36,058 nt of DNA from Octopus bimaculoides. Lineage: Eukaryota. The notes under the pieces were generated by a model. It searched no databases and was not told where the DNA came from. It saw nothing but the letters and a program-made list of their open reading frames with translations. Positions 36,015 to 36,058 of the stretch are shown here, in pieces. Every line of letters starts with the position of its first letter. The first letter of the stretch is position 1. Made by a program: the position numbers and the translations under genes. The stretch covers positions 12,010,095-12,046,152 of the forward strand of contig NC_068983.1 of assembly GCF_001194135.2 (NCBI RefSeq), given 5' to 3'.

Positions 36015-36058
<44 letters not shown>
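35545..36058. repeat. CA/TA-rich compound low-complexity microsatellite region
   Basis: Direct reading. Confidence 0.85.

Overview
Repeat-dense, AT-rich eukaryotic scaffold window with several N gaps, almost all abutting microsatellites. The SINE families and microsatellite load look like an octopus (coleoid cephalopod) genome; this is inferred from recalled repeat families, not a database search. I found no convincing host protein-coding gene. The window holds decayed retroelements (zinc-knuckle gag/ORF1 fragment, R4/Dong-like RLE fragment, RTE 3' end, HERO/R2-group 5' half, Penelope-like RT), a Tc1/mariner transposase remnant, two mariner MITE-like copies, many copies of three tRNA-derived SINE families, and abundant simple repeats. 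The two standout observations are non-coding elements carrying minimal type I hammerhead ribozymes. One is a ~583-bp retrozyme-like insertion (26393-26975) with a 352-nt monomer repeated ~1.4 times, an inverted 95-bp copy at its left end and a 14-bp target-site duplication. The other is a tRNA-headed SINE-like element (minus strand, ~10471-10766) with an internal (AAT)n tract and a hammerhead near its 3' end.
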